64,000 nucleotides of DNA from Spirochaetia bacterium (GCA_965198005.1 CBDAOI010000004.1:896001-960000); one strand, 5' to 3'. Counted from the first letter of the stretch, positions 9,743 through 20,230 are shown. Notes: a model not told the origin generated them from the sequence alone. Numbers and translations: made by a program.

Positions 9743-10679
9743 CGTTCTCCCAGTAGGGGTCGTCGAGGTACTTCAGGGAATTGTCGGGAAACAGGGTAGC
9801 GACCGTGGCGCCGCGCTCGGTGCGCGCCACCTCCAGCGCCGCCCACAGGTTGGCGGCCGCGCTGGGGCTCAGCGCGTAGCCCAGGTAGCGGCCGGCCGCG
9901 ATGGCGTAGCGGTAGGCGGTCTCGGTGTCCGCCTCCAGCACCGCATCGGCTACCGCCGGGTCGTAGATGCCCGGCACCAGCGCCGTGGGCAGATGCTTCC
10001 AGCCTTCCAGGCCGTGCAGCGGATTGTCCGGCTGCACGGCGATGCAGCGCACCCCGCGCTCGCGCAGGTAGCGGGCGGTGCCGATGAAACTGCCGCTGGT
10101 ACCGAGGCCGGCGACGAAGTGGGTCACCGCGCCGCCCGACTGCCGCCAGAGTTCCGGCCCGGTGCCGGTGTAGTGGGCGCGCCAGTTGTGCTCGTTGTTG
10201 TACTGATCCGGGTAGAAGTAGCGCTCAGGATGGGCGGCCGCCAGCTCCGCCGCCGTGCGCTGGGCGCCGTCGGTGCCCTCCAGATTGGAGGTGAAGAGGG
10301 AGCGGGCGCCGTAGTTGGCGATGATCCGCTTGCGCTCGGGCGTGACGTTCTCGGGCATCACCAGCTCGACCGGCAGCCCCAGCGCGCTGCCGAACATCGC
10401 CAGCGCGATGCCGGTGTTGCCGCTGGTGGCTTCGAGGATCGTGCGCCCCGCCAAGCGGCCCGCCGCCAGTTCCGCTTCCAGCATCCCCTTGGCGGCGCGA
10501 TCCTTCACCGAGCCGCTGGGGTTGTAGTACTCCAGCTTGGCCAGCACCCGCGCCGGGGCCACCGACTGGGAAATCTCCACCAGCGGCGTGTCGCCCACCA
10601 GCCGCGCGATGCGCTCGAACGCGGCGGGACGCGGCACCGCCCGCGGGCTGACTATCGTGGTCGCCATCGCCGTGCGCAT
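9711..10679 (-). CDS. cysM: PLP-dependent cysteine synthase (CysM-like)
   Basis: KLEYYNPSGSVKDR, ATSGNTG, GLGTSGS. Confidence 0.88.
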   Translation of the reverse strand: MRTAMATTIVSPRAVPRPAAFERIARLVGDTPLVEISQSVAPARVLAKLEYYNPSGSVKDRAAKGMLEAELAAGRLAGRTILEATSGNTGIALAMFGSALGLPVELVMPENVTPERKRIIANYGARSLFTSNLEGTDGAQRTAAELAAAHPERYFYPDQYNNEHNWRAHYTGTGPELWRQSGGAVTHFVAGLGTSGSFIGTARYLRERGVRCIAVQPDNPLHGLEGWKHLPTALVPGIYDPAVADAVLEADTETAYRYAIAAGRYLGYALSPSAAANLWAALEVARTERGATVATLFPDNSLKYLDDPYWENDDYVTADPFH

Positions 10680-10694
10680 CTTAGCGACGGGGCG

Positions 10695-11516
10695 CTAGCC
10701 CGTCCCCACGAACCCCTTGCTGAACATCAGGTCGATCGCCAGCACCGCGGCGCCGCGGTGGCTGTCTAGGTCACCCACGATCTCCTCCAGCTCGGCCACC
10801 AGGGAACGGACCTCAGGCTCGTCGACTACTGCCATGATCGTCCGGCTGGCTTCGCTCCGGTCGCCGAGGAAGTTGAGAAAGTCACCGAACAGCGGGACGT
10901 TGGTCAGGACATGGTGCAGGCCGGTGGACTCCGTGATCGACGCGTCCTGGATGCCGTGCTGGAGAAACAGGGTCACCACGTCGTCCAGGAAGCGCAGCTC
11001 GTAGAGGATGATCATGAGGAGCTTCTTGCCGTCTCCACTGCGCCCGGGCGCCGGGCGCGTGGGGGTCAGGTGAGCCGCGACCACTTGGCGCAGGGCGGCT
11101 CGGGTCGGCGCCGCGCGCATCTCGTCGCGCGCCGCCCGGTTGAGCCCCAGGCGCGAGATGTGCGCGAGATTGCGCAGGTACTCCTGCGGCTGCTCCTCGG
11201 GACCGACCAGCACGAACAACAGGGTGCTGCGCTGGCCGTCGGCGGCCTCGTAGTCGACCCCGCGCGGCGACACCGCCACGCCGAGCGCGAACGGCACGGC
11301 CCCGGGCAGGCGCGCGTGCGGGATCGCGACCCCATTCTCGAACCCGGTCGAGCCCAGCTCCTCCCGTTCGCGCAGGGCGGCGAGCAGGGCGTCGCGCGAC
11401 ACGCCCAGCTCGGTGGCGGCCATCAGGTCGGCCAGCTCCTCGAGACAACCGGACTTGGTTCTGGCCTTCAACGCCACCGAGCAGCGGCGGTCGTCCAGCA
11501 GATCGACTAAGCTCAT
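10695..11516 (-). CDS. PTS EIIA (Ntr/Fru-type) domain with C-terminal PII-like domain
   Basis: EREELGSTGFENGVAIPHAR (phospho-His motif). The C-terminal ~110 aa has a PII/ferredoxin-like beta-alpha pattern. Confidence 0.8.
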   Translation of the reverse strand: MSLVDLLDDRRCSVALKARTKSGCLEELADLMAATELGVSRDALLAALREREELGSTGFENGVAIPHARLPGAVPFALGVAVSPRGVDYEAADGQRSTLLFVLVGPEEQPQEYLRNLAHISRLGLNRAARDEMRAAPTRAALRQVVAAHLTPTRPAPGRSGDGKKLLMIILYELRFLDDVVTLFLQHGIQDASITESTGLHHVLTNVPLFGDFLNFLGDRSEASRTIMAVVDEPEVRSLVAELEEIVGDLDSHRGAAVLAIDLMFSKGFVGTG

Positions 11517-12811
11517 TCGCTCTTCCTCCGGGGCCCGGTCCCTTCCGGTCCGGCGCCGCGCAGAATCCCGTACCGCGAGATAAGCGGGCCCACCAGTTCA
11601 TTCACGAATACACTGAACAGCACCACGTTGGTCAGCAGCTTCAACATTACGCGCACCTCATCGGGCGCGGTCTCAAAGATGGTCGAAGTCTGCACCACCA
11701 GCGCCAGCCCGATGGCGACTCCCGCCTGGGGGAACAGGCAGAAGCTCAGATAGCGGCGCACGTTGTCCGGCGCCCGCACCAGCAGCGACCCCAGCGTCAC
11801 GCCGACCACCTTGCCGGCGAACCGCGTCGCCAAGTAGACCAATCCCAGCACCACGACCGCACCCTGCGCAACCACGCCGATATCCAGCCCCGCGCCGGCG
11901 AGGATGAAGAACAGCGCGAAGATGGGCGGCGTGAGCGGCTCCAGCACGGTAAACACCCGCCGGTTGCGGCTCGACGCGTTGACCAGCACCGCCCCGGCGA
12001 CCATGTTGGCGATCAGGGGCGAAAGCTCCATGAGGGTCACCAGCGCGGTGGCGACGAACAGCACGCCGAGCGTGATGATCAGCACCTCGCTGTCGATCCG
12101 TCTGCGCTGCGTGGCGAAGTGAATCGCCAGCGCCGTGGCTGCGCCGGCCACCGCCGACACCGCGATCTCGATGAGTCCACCGCCGAGCGCCGCCAGAGTC
12201 GTGCCCGCGTTGCCGGCGAGAGCAGCATCTCCGGCCACCCCGCCCGCGACCAGCAACGGCGTCACCACGGCGAACAACATGGAAAACAACAGCACGCTGG
12301 CCGCATCGTCGAACGCCACGACCCCGTACAGGTAGTCGATGAACTCGCCGCGCGCGCGCAGCTCGCGCACGATCACCACCGTGGCGGCCGGGGCCGTGGC
12401 CGCGGCGATTGCCCCGAGCAGCAGGGCGTAGCTGAACGGCAGCAGCAGCAGTCCCAGCACCACCGAAACGATGATCGCCGCGAACAGCGACTCGAACACG
12501 GTGATCGTGAGAATCTTGGTCCCCGTCCGCCGCAGCTTGGCCAGTTGGAACTCACTGCCGATGGTGAGCGCGATCAGACCCAGGGCGACTTCGGTGAACG
12601 GCGTGAGACTCTTGACCGTCTCCAGCTCGATGACCCCGGTGAGCGAGTGACTGAGCACCAGCCCGGCCACGATATAGCCCGTGATCGTGGGCAGCCGCAC
12701 CGCCTGACACAGCCGCCCGCAGAGATAACCGCCGAGGATCAGGATCCCGAGACTCAGCAGAGGGTAGTGATTGATCGCCGCGATCGGGTCGTGCAGCAGC
12801 TCGCCAAGCAT
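11513..12811 (-). CDS. Cation:proton antiporter (CPA2-like)
   Basis: About 12 hydrophobic segments, LPTITGYI, ATAPAAT, VAFDDA, PQAGVAIGLA. Confidence 0.88.
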   Translation of the reverse strand: MLGELLHDPIAAINHYPLLSLGILILGGYLCGRLCQAVRLPTITGYIVAGLVLSHSLTGVIELETVKSLTPFTEVALGLIALTIGSEFQLAKLRRTGTKILTITVFESLFAAIIVSVVLGLLLLPFSYALLLGAIAAATAPAATVVIVRELRARGEFIDYLYGVVAFDDAASVLLFSMLFAVVTPLLVAGGVAGDAALAGNAGTTLAALGGGLIEIAVSAVAGAATALAIHFATQRRRIDSEVLIITLGVLFVATALVTLMELSPLIANMVAGAVLVNASSRNRRVFTVLEPLTPPIFALFFILAGAGLDIGVVAQGAVVVLGLVYLATRFAGKVVGVTLGSLLVRAPDNVRRYLSFCLFPQAGVAIGLALVVQTSTIFETAPDEVRVMLKLLTNVVLFSVFVNELVGPLISRYGILRGAGPEGTGPRRKSE

Positions 12812-13034
12812 CAGGCGCCCCCACCTTAGTAGCGCGACCGAAACCGGTCAACGCGCCCCGCATGCCAGGCATGCCAGTGTGCCCCGGTCGTGCCCCGGCT
12901 CACCCCCGGCCGCGGCCACCGCCCTTGAGGCGGGACAGGCGGTCGCTCCAATAGCTCTCCGGACAGGCGCGCAATTCGCCCAGCGCCTCGGGCACGGCGC
13001 GGTAGTAGCGTTGATTGCCCTGCGGGCGGACGCG

Positions 13035-13778
13035 CTATCTTGTCCGCTTCAACGTGATGATGGGGCCGTCAAACCCTTGATGGAGGATTTCCAGCCTTGG
13101 ATTGCGGTTGATGTCGGGCAAGGTCAATCTCAGGTCCAAGGGAAAGTACGACGCGTCGCTGGCTACCGCGTGGATAGGATAGCCCCCAAGACGCGAATCT
13201 GCCAGTCCCGCTTCCAGCAACCAAGCCCCGATCCCGCTTTGGTCGACTACGATCTTTGGCGCCGGTTCGAACATCCCCCGTACTGCCGTTTCGGCCAGGA
13301 CACCCCAGGAGACGAACGACCGGACCACTCGCTGTACGGCTCGCGGTACTGTACTCCGTGCGCCCCAGGCTTCCGTCACGCGTCGGACGATCTGCGACAG
13401 CGACGCCCGTCCCTGCAGCGAGAGAAGGCGGCCCGTCGTCGCAGCCACGTCGCGGAAGAAAGGATAGGTCGCCATGCACATACCCCAGTGCGCGATCACA
13501 CGCTGACTACCTGCGAGCCCGTCTAGTACGTCGAGCCCGTCGCTACGCAAAGAAAGGAACTCGTCAGGTACCAGCACCCAAATGTGTAGCAACACAGTAA
13601 TCGTCTTGCCGCGCGCGGTGTGAGTGCCGCCTCCTGCTACCTCACCGTCGAGAAGACGGTCAAGTCCAATTCGGATGTCAGCAGCTGACAGCCCCTGAGC
13701 CGTCCAGTCGGCTGTCGCGTCCAACCAACTCAATCGGATTTTACGGTCAAATCCGACAAGTCTGTTCTGCGTGTCCAT
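13035..13778 (-). CDS. BREX type-3 terminal gene (BrxA-like)
   Basis: GFDRKIRLSWLD...TVLLHIW...HWGMCMATYPFF. Lies directly after pglZ, as in type-3 loci. Confidence 0.7.
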   Translation of the reverse strand: MDTQNRLVGFDRKIRLSWLDATADWTAQGLSAADIRIGLDRLLDGEVAGGGTHTARGKTITVLLHIWVLVPDEFLSLRSDGLDVLDGLAGSQRVIAHWGMCMATYPFFRDVAATTGRLLSLQGRASLSQIVRRVTEAWGARSTVPRAVQRVVRSFVSWGVLAETAVRGMFEPAPKIVVDQSGIGAWLLEAGLADSRLGGYPIHAVASDASYFPLDLRLTLPDINRNPRLEILHQGFDGPIITLKRTR

Positions 13779-13808
13779 GTTATTTCCGTGGCTTCGACCG
13801 ACTTACGG

Positions 13809-15382
13809 TCATTTTCTCGATGAGTCAACCCGTACCAACGGAATGACCACCTCTTCCAGCGTGACCCGCCGTGCGCAACCGGACGTTCCGAGGGACGGAC
13901 GAACGACGAGCGACCGGGCGCAATCAACGCGAAATAGTCGTCCGGCAGCCCCAACGGAGGCCATTCAATCGAGTCCGGGAAGTACAGCGGCGGGCGGCCG
14001 CTGAAGCATGCCTGCCGCGACACCATGGTGAGTGTCGGGATCCATGCAAACAGGGCGTCCTCCCGGAAACGCAAGCTCGGTCGTTGGTCGGCGAGCACGC
14101 CGCGCACCGTTGCCCACTGATCGAGCGACAGGCCGTCCATCAACACCATTGCCACTTTCGCGTCCGCGGATTCCTCCAGAGTCCGAGCCAGCATCCGAGG
14201 GACATGGTGGGTCAACACTGGCGGCAGCGGTGGCTGGTTGTGCAAGGTCCCGAAGCGCTCCTTCAGCCACGCCGTGAACGCAATGTCGATCCGGTCGCGG
14301 ACGCTCCGGTAATGCGACTGCGCACCCTCGGCTCCGGGGCCGCCATCGCGGCCGAATACCAGGGCGTTCACGTGAGCCCAGCGCCGCGCAAGTGTGAGCC
14401 AGTCCTGATGGCGCGCATCTGCATCGGGAACCGACCGCTCGACAACCTTCAGAAGCCCTTCCAGCCGGCGCTTCAGGTCGGCGTCCGGGTCCGTCTTGAT
14501 GCCGGCAATCTCCCACGACCCGGCCAACCGGTCAGCGTTCGGATGCGTTACCGGCTGGAGGAAGCCTTCCAGGAACAGGTTGTCGATGTAGACACGTATG
14601 TCACGGTGCTCGAACGGAATCTCCATCGGTCCCGGCAAGCGCAGCGATTCGGTCTCCGTAGATACGGTTTGTTCGCGGATAGACCGGTCATCGGACGTTT
14701 GGCGGTCGAGAAAGCTCGGCCAGCGCTCCTGGAGAAACGCGAAGAATGCCTCGCGATCTGAGACAATCTCATGCAGCGGCCATGCTGCGAACATCGGGTT
14801 CTGACTCAGCAACCGGAAGAGATGATCGTCGAGCATCGGTGGAATACGGAGTCCGCCGTAGTGTCGACGAAGCAGGAATTGGAACAGATCGGGCTCCTGC
14901 CTGATGGTCTCCGGCGCGATCCGAAAGACGTGGCGCAGCACGAACCCGGAGGTCCGGACCTCACCAAGGGGGCGAGGCGGTGGCTCGCGGGTCTGGGCTT
15001 CGTACAGTGCGTCAAGGTGGCTCCGCTCCAGCGTGTCCACCACCGGATAGCTCAAGTTCGGGAACAGGTCGCCCAGGGTGAACGAGACCTGACGACTCTT
15101 CTGCAGCAGGTCGTTCGGCAGTTCTTGCATACGGGAGACGCCTTCCCGTAGGACGACAACCAAGTCCGTAGGGTCGCCGCGATCCCAACGGCACCGGTAG
15201 CGCGACTCATAGGCGAAGCGGAAGGCGACATGATCGTCGAACGGCATCAGCTCAAAGCCGCGCTCCGCGATCTCCTTGAGGATTCCTTCTTCCAGGAGCA
15301 GGCCGTCGGGGTCCGAGGCGACCGTGAGGCGCGCGACCTGCGGGGTAAATTCCTTGAGGATCGCGTCACGCCAGCTCGTCAT
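13809..15382 (-). pseudogene. pglZ: BREX-3 PglZ phosphatase with internal deletion and terminal frameshift
   Basis: MTSWRDAILKEF..DPDGLL, MDGLSLDQW, FAWIPTLTMVSRQ. Jumps from YFPDSI to EWPP (DHG region missing). HGG-VTLEEVVIP needs a frameshift near 13862. Confidence 0.85.
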
Positions 15383-15700
15383 TGGCAGCCACCCGTTGCG
15401 TCAACGCGGACGATGGTCAGGGCAACGAGATCGGGACTGACCTCTCCCTCCCGGTCGATCGCGGCACGCCACGACTGCTCCTCCGTAGCAAGCTGCGCCA
15501 GGCGATGATTCCGCACCGCCGGCAGCCCGATCCGCACGAGCGATCGGCGCCGGGCAACAAAGGAGTATTCGCCCCTCTCTCGGCGCGCAGAGACATCAGA
15601 TCGATGCACCTGCACGAGTTCACGGTAGATCGGCTGTCCGAGCTCGTGGGCCGACTGCTCAACGAGCTCGAAGCCCGTCACGGCCGCACCGCCCTCCGAG
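15379..15700 (-). pseudogene. brxHII: C-terminal remnant of BrxHII SNF2-type helicase
   Basis: GEYSFVARRRSLVRIGLPAVRNHRLAQL...PDLVAL, with ATGA overlap into pglZ. Helicase core absent. Confidence 0.7.
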
Positions 15701-15992
15701 AACCCGCGGGCTAATAGGAAATTTCGCCGCACCCCCTGCGTCGACCCCACAGTGCGCTTCTCGCCACAGGCCCCGTGTCTTGACCGTCCGGGAGACCTGA
15801 TGATGTTCAAGGTTCCATACCTACTCGCCCTCTCGCACAATCAATCGAGCCCACACTAACCTAACACTATCACATCGTGAAATTTTTCTTCGTCAAATTG
15901 CTGAGAAAGACTGATCTCAGACGGGATCCAAATCGCAAAATTTCGATCCCTGGACCGGAATAGCCGTCTCGTCGCTTCAGGTTCGCGCCGAA

Positions 15993-16652
15993 TCAAGGAC
16001 TGTACAATGGTACCGTATGGACTTGAGTGACCCGATGGGTGAGACTGTCGCTTCGACGAAGCATCTCTGATTTGGCCAAGGAATCCATCTCATGAAGCGC
16101 TACCTCTGCCTGCTCAAGACTTGCTCGTACTTGGGCGGCAATTCGTTCCTTAGGCCACTCCATACTTTCTGTTTTGTATACGGCGTCATGAGTCGCTACA
16201 TTCCATGCATGCTGCAAGAACGTCCGCAGTTGAATCTCAAACATCAGTCCTTCGTATTGTGGCTTTGGTACAAGAGATGCCGACGACCAACACACATAGA
16301 GTCTTGTGTCATCAAAAGGGAATGCCTCTGGTCTAGTGGTCGTCATACGTTGAGATGCTGGTCGACGAATGACGACGTCGAACGCATCCTTCACAAGACA
16401 CTCTGCTCTCTGTAGACTGGACAGATTCTGGACTACCAACACCGCAGCAAGTAGATCGTCGATTTCGCCGTGCTCCTTCCAGCGTCCAGACTCCAGCTTC
16501 AGCGCGAAGCTCTCAATGCTCTTTAGGCGACTCTCGTAATGCCAGGCCGGATCTCTTCGGCCCCTCAACAGTTGGTCGACATCTGCTCTGAGAGGCTCGT
16601 ATCTAGTGGTGAGGTCACTGTACAACTCGCGAACCGATCGGGGAATCTTCAT
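15993..16652 (-). CDS. RelA/SpoT-like nucleotidyltransferase domain protein, probably C-terminally truncated
   Basis: YESRLKSIESFALK, IDDLLA, FEIQLRTFLQHAWNVATHDAVYK. ATGA-coupled to the upstream DUF262 part. Confidence 0.75.
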   Translation of the reverse strand: MKIPRSVRELYSDLTTRYEPLRADVDQLLRGRRDPAWHYESRLKSIESFALKLESGRWKEHGEIDDLLAAVLVVQNLSSLQRAECLVKDAFDVVIRRPASQRMTTTRPEAFPFDDTRLYVCWSSASLVPKPQYEGLMFEIQLRTFLQHAWNVATHDAVYKTESMEWPKERIAAQVRASLEQAEVALHEMDSLAKSEMLRRSDSLTHRVTQVHTVPLYSP

Positions 16653-18679
16653 TGGGCTCCACGCAGTAGCCGCATTAGGCTCTCGTGGCGGGCCCGCCGT
16701 TGAGGCAGTTCGGTACTTGCGCCGCGACTGTTCACGTAGTAGCTGCGCTCGGGCGTTGGTGTCTCGTCGTCCGCAATGTCAGCTTGATCCTCCATACTCA
16801 GATCGTTTACTCGGCTCATGAACGAAAGGTAGGAAGCCGCCAGCTCACTGGCCGGGAGTCGCTCGTCACTCAGAGTAATGGAGGCCCAGAGACTGTACAT
16901 ATGCCGGGCCTCCCTCGTGTACCGAGCAAGATCCCCACAGGCGACCAGTTCCTGGACGTAGCTCCTACAACCATGAAACGCGGCTTCCACATCCTCGGTT
17001 GTTCGATCAACATCACTCTCCGAACTCAACGGATCCTGGTATCGAGCCGTGTACCGATCAATCTCGTCCTGATCGAACCCGTGAACCTGCCGTCCAATGA
17101 CGACGATAAGTAACTCAGAGAGAAACTGGGCGTCATTCATCCGCCTGGCCTTCCCGGGAGTCACCACGCCCAATTTCTGCCAAACGGGATGGGTCGCTTC
17201 GTTTTCCACAAAATTCAGAAACCAGCCATCGAATTTCGCATGCCTGAGCTCCTGTCGATTGAGATTCCTATTATTGCGGTTTAGACGGTCAAATACCTCG
17301 TTGAGGTCGTCGCCCACTGTGAGCTGTTCAACGGGGATCACATAATCGAGAAAGCGGCGTAACAGTTCCCTGCTTTTCCTGATCTCGCTCCACTTACGGC
17401 CATCAACCGACGTATCGCCATAGTCCCGGAGCACTATCTCATCTTTCGAGAACATGAGAATAGTCTCCAGTCGTTGCTTTCCATCGACAACACGGAATAG
17501 TGAATCACCATAGCGACAGGTGGCGATACTTCCATCCTTCGGTAGAAGAACGAGCAGGTGGTTCTCGACGGCTATCGGCGCCGTGCTAGAGACCAAGGTA
17601 GCAGCGCAGCGGGAACCATCAGGACGTGACGTTCGTCGCACGGTCAGGAATGGCCCTTCGAAAACAGTTCCAGAGAATCTCCGAAGATTCGTAATTTCAT
17701 CGATCTCGAGTCCAATGGGGAGGTCTCGGGTGGTAGCGTAGGCACGGAGCGGGCCTGTTTCGGAATCGCGATGTGGGACGACAGTGCCAACCTTGACGTG
17801 GAAGAGATCGCGAAGCTTTTTTGATCCAGAAGCTTCCTTCCACCAATCACATTTCTGGTGTGTTTCGTCGCCTACCCTAAGAGCGATCAAGAATACGTCA
17901 ATGTCTATTGTCGGAGAGAATTGCATCAACAGGTTGATGTCTAGAATCGTCGTTCGGGATTCTACCGCATGACGCAAACGCTGATAGCGCGCTCCGGAGC
18001 GCAGGGCGTCCGGTAACAAAGCGACTATTTCGGATCCTGAAGCTAGACAGTCGATCCAATGATCGAAGAAGACGGCAGCCGCGGATACACCACCCTTGGT
18101 CCACGAACAACGCTCGGGGGCTTGGATCGTGGCAAAGGGAGGGTTCATTACAAGGCGTACTTTGTCGGCATGATCAATGCGTTCCTGGACTAAGCCATCT
18201 GCGACAACGATACCAGGAAACAGGCTATGATCGTTTGGTAGGGGCGCATGCCAGCCATCAGGGCTCCGTTGTCTCGCGAGCAGTGTCAGGCGTGCCTTGG
18301 TGGCCGTGACGAATCGTGTGTCAAGATCGAATCCGACTAGGAGCTCACCCCAAGAATGGAGTGTCGCCTCCAGCGAATCGAGAACGGGAAGCTCTTGAGC
18401 GATTGCCAAGAGTAGATCGCCCGCCCCACAGGCGGGATCAACATACCTGAACTTCTGTACACTTCCGCGCCAGCGCTCGACCATACGTCGGGCGACGCCG
18501 CTATCTGTGAAGAACGCGCCGGCCAGTCTTCTATCGTCCAAGGAATCGCTCTTAGCCAGCTCGACGGAAGGACCGCCATCAAGCGCGGCGTTGATCACAT
18601 CCGCGTATTCCGAGTGCGGGTGACGGGAGATGCCAGCCAATGCCAATTGCTGAAGACTATCCACATAGGTACTGAACAC
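16649..18679 (-). CDS. Chimeric ORF: N6-adenine DNA methyltransferase (about 17510-18679) fused in frame to a DUF262/ParB-like protein (16649 to about 17510)
   Basis: GAFFT, VDPACGAGDLL and VMNPPF MTase motifs, then VVDGKQRL and EVFDRLNR...LNRQELRHA DUF262 motifs without the DUF262 N-terminus. GTG at 18679 follows GAGGT. Confidence 0.75.
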   Translation of the reverse strand: MFSTYVDSLQQLALAGISRHPHSEYADVINAALDGGPSVELAKSDSLDDRRLAGAFFTDSGVARRMVERWRGSVQKFRYVDPACGAGDLLLAIAQELPVLDSLEATLHSWGELLVGFDLDTRFVTATKARLTLLARQRSPDGWHAPLPNDHSLFPGIVVADGLVQERIDHADKVRLVMNPPFATIQAPERCSWTKGGVSAAAVFFDHWIDCLASGSEIVALLPDALRSGARYQRLRHAVESRTTILDINLLMQFSPTIDIDVFLIALRVGDETHQKCDWWKEASGSKKLRDLFHVKVGTVVPHRDSETGPLRAYATTRDLPIGLEIDEITNLRRFSGTVFEGPFLTVRRTSRPDGSRCAATLVSSTAPIAVENHLLVLLPKDGSIATCRYGDSLFRVVDGKQRLETILMFSKDEIVLRDYGDTSVDGRKWSEIRKSRELLRRFLDYVIPVEQLTVGDDLNEVFDRLNRNNRNLNRQELRHAKFDGWFLNFVENEATHPVWQKLGVVTPGKARRMNDAQFLSELLIVVIGRQVHGFDQDEIDRYTARYQDPLSSESDVDRTTEDVEAAFHGCRSYVQELVACGDLARYTREARHMYSLWASITLSDERLPASELAASYLSFMSRVNDLSMEDQADIADDETPTPERSYYVNSRGASTELPQRRARHESLMRLLRGAQ

Positions 18680-18805
18680 TTCAGTTACCTCGGATCGGCA
18701 GGGCGCGACAACATGCATCGGCAGTACTAAGCGACCACGCGTCCATTCTTCTATGGCAACGGGATTTGGCTGCCCGTTGTTGAGCGGGCGAACCAGGGAG
18801 TAGCA

Positions 18806-19645
18806 TCATGGGGCGTCTCCACTGCGGGTCAGCGCCTGATCGTACAACATCAGGAGTTTCGGATCTTCTTTGAGCACCAAGTCCGGGATCCTCTGCGCAA
18901 CACTGCTCGCGTCGATCAGCACCGGTCGAAACCGGATGCATTGCCACGGTTCGCCGGTCGCAGGGTCGGAACGGGTACGAAAGGAGCGCAGCAGATTATC
19001 CTTCGACAATAGTGCCGAACAGTGCGGGCAGGGAAACCGATCGCGGGTGCGCATGGTCGCCTGGTCGAGTGCCTCCGCCAGAAACACGACCTCACCCGAA
19101 CACCCCGGGCAGGAGAAGACCTCGCTCCACACGGTATAGTTGATCCGTGCCCCGCTCTCGCCGTCGGCATGGAGCGTGTCATACATCCAGCCGGTCTCCG
19201 CTTCCACTTCGTCGAGCAGGCGCTTGGCGACGCGTGCGAAGGCATCCACGTCGAAGGGCATCGTGTAGTTGGCGGCGATGAAGGTGGCGGCGGGGGACAG
19301 ATCGCCCAGGATCGTGTGGTGGGGCCCCCATTCCGGTGCAGGCCGGCCCTGCTCCTGCCACCGTGCATCAAGGTAGGGCGGATCGGACAGCCTCAGGATG
19401 TCTTCATCTTCGCCGACGGGAAAGTCGGGGCGTTTCCTTAGCGCAGGGAGGTATTCCTTCAAGCGTTCAAGAAAGTGCGCGCGTCGTGCGTCCTCGGACT
19501 CGAACCTGATTCCGAGGCACTCCACCGGCTCGGATGTTACGACTTGTTCGTCGAACAGCCTTCCGCTGCCGGTCCTTGCGGCAACCATTTCCGTCCGGAG
19601 GAGTTTCTGCTGGGAGCTGTCGTCTCGCTCAGCCATGTCCATCAC
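18806..19645 (-). pseudogene. pglXI: BREX-3 PglXI methyltransferase, copy A (two internal deletions)
   Basis: VECLGIRF..EDILRLSDPPY / DLSPAATFIAANY..INYTVWSEVFSCPGC / EDPKLLMLYDQALTR. Only 279 aa remain. Confidence 0.8.
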
Positions 19646-19760
19646 CCGTTAGGATTCTCACGGTGACCCAGTCAGCGGGAAGAGTGACCAAGCTGCCTCT
19701 GCGGCCAGCGGAGCGCTCAGTGACCAACCTCGCCCACTGAGTGACCAACCTCGACACGGT

Positions 19761-20230
19761 TCACTCCTCCTCATGAATCTCGCTCGCGGCCAGCGCTGGT
19801 TCGCCATGCGTCCAAGAGCGTGAGGCCAGCCTCGTTATCACGTACGCCTGGTCCGGGTGGTTCGGCTCGTCCGGACGCGTCATGCGGATCAGCTTGGCCT
19901 CAATCAGTGGCTCCAAGCGCTTACGCCGAAAGAAAATACGGTGCGAGAGCCCGGTCTCCTGCATGAGGTATGCTTGCTTCCGGGGCACCTCGCACAGCGC
20001 GATGATCTTTCGCTGATCATCGGTCAGGTTGGTCAGCAGAGGAGAGACCAAGTTGGTGTCAGGGCTGCCGGGTTGGTCACTGACCATGCGTTAGGACCCT
20101 ACTAGCTTGGTCACTCGGCGACTGACCAAGCTGCGCGGCGTCGAGGCTGTTTTTGAGGTGTTCGGCAAGGCCGTACCGATCTGCATATCTCCAGTTGCCA
20201 GCGGAACGTAGCCGAGGCGCACACTCTCAT
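19761..20230 (-). pseudogene. Remnant of an ATP-binding/RecG-C or Fic-like protein with C-terminal HTH
   Basis: QRKIIALCEVPR...GLSHRIFFRRKRLEPLIEAKLIRMTRPDEPNHPDQAYVIT. Upstream part is fragmented. Confidence 0.55.

Noticed and set aside
12855-12880. sigma54 promoter upstream of the antiporter (TGGCATGCCTGGCATGC)
   Set aside because: The GG-to-GC spacing does not fit the -24/-12 consensus.
16649-18718. MTase-DUF262 fusion as a novel domain architecture
   Set aside because: The DUF262 part lacks its N-terminal motif and the MTase ends abruptly at about 17510. In a locus full of deletions, an accidental in-frame fusion is more likely.
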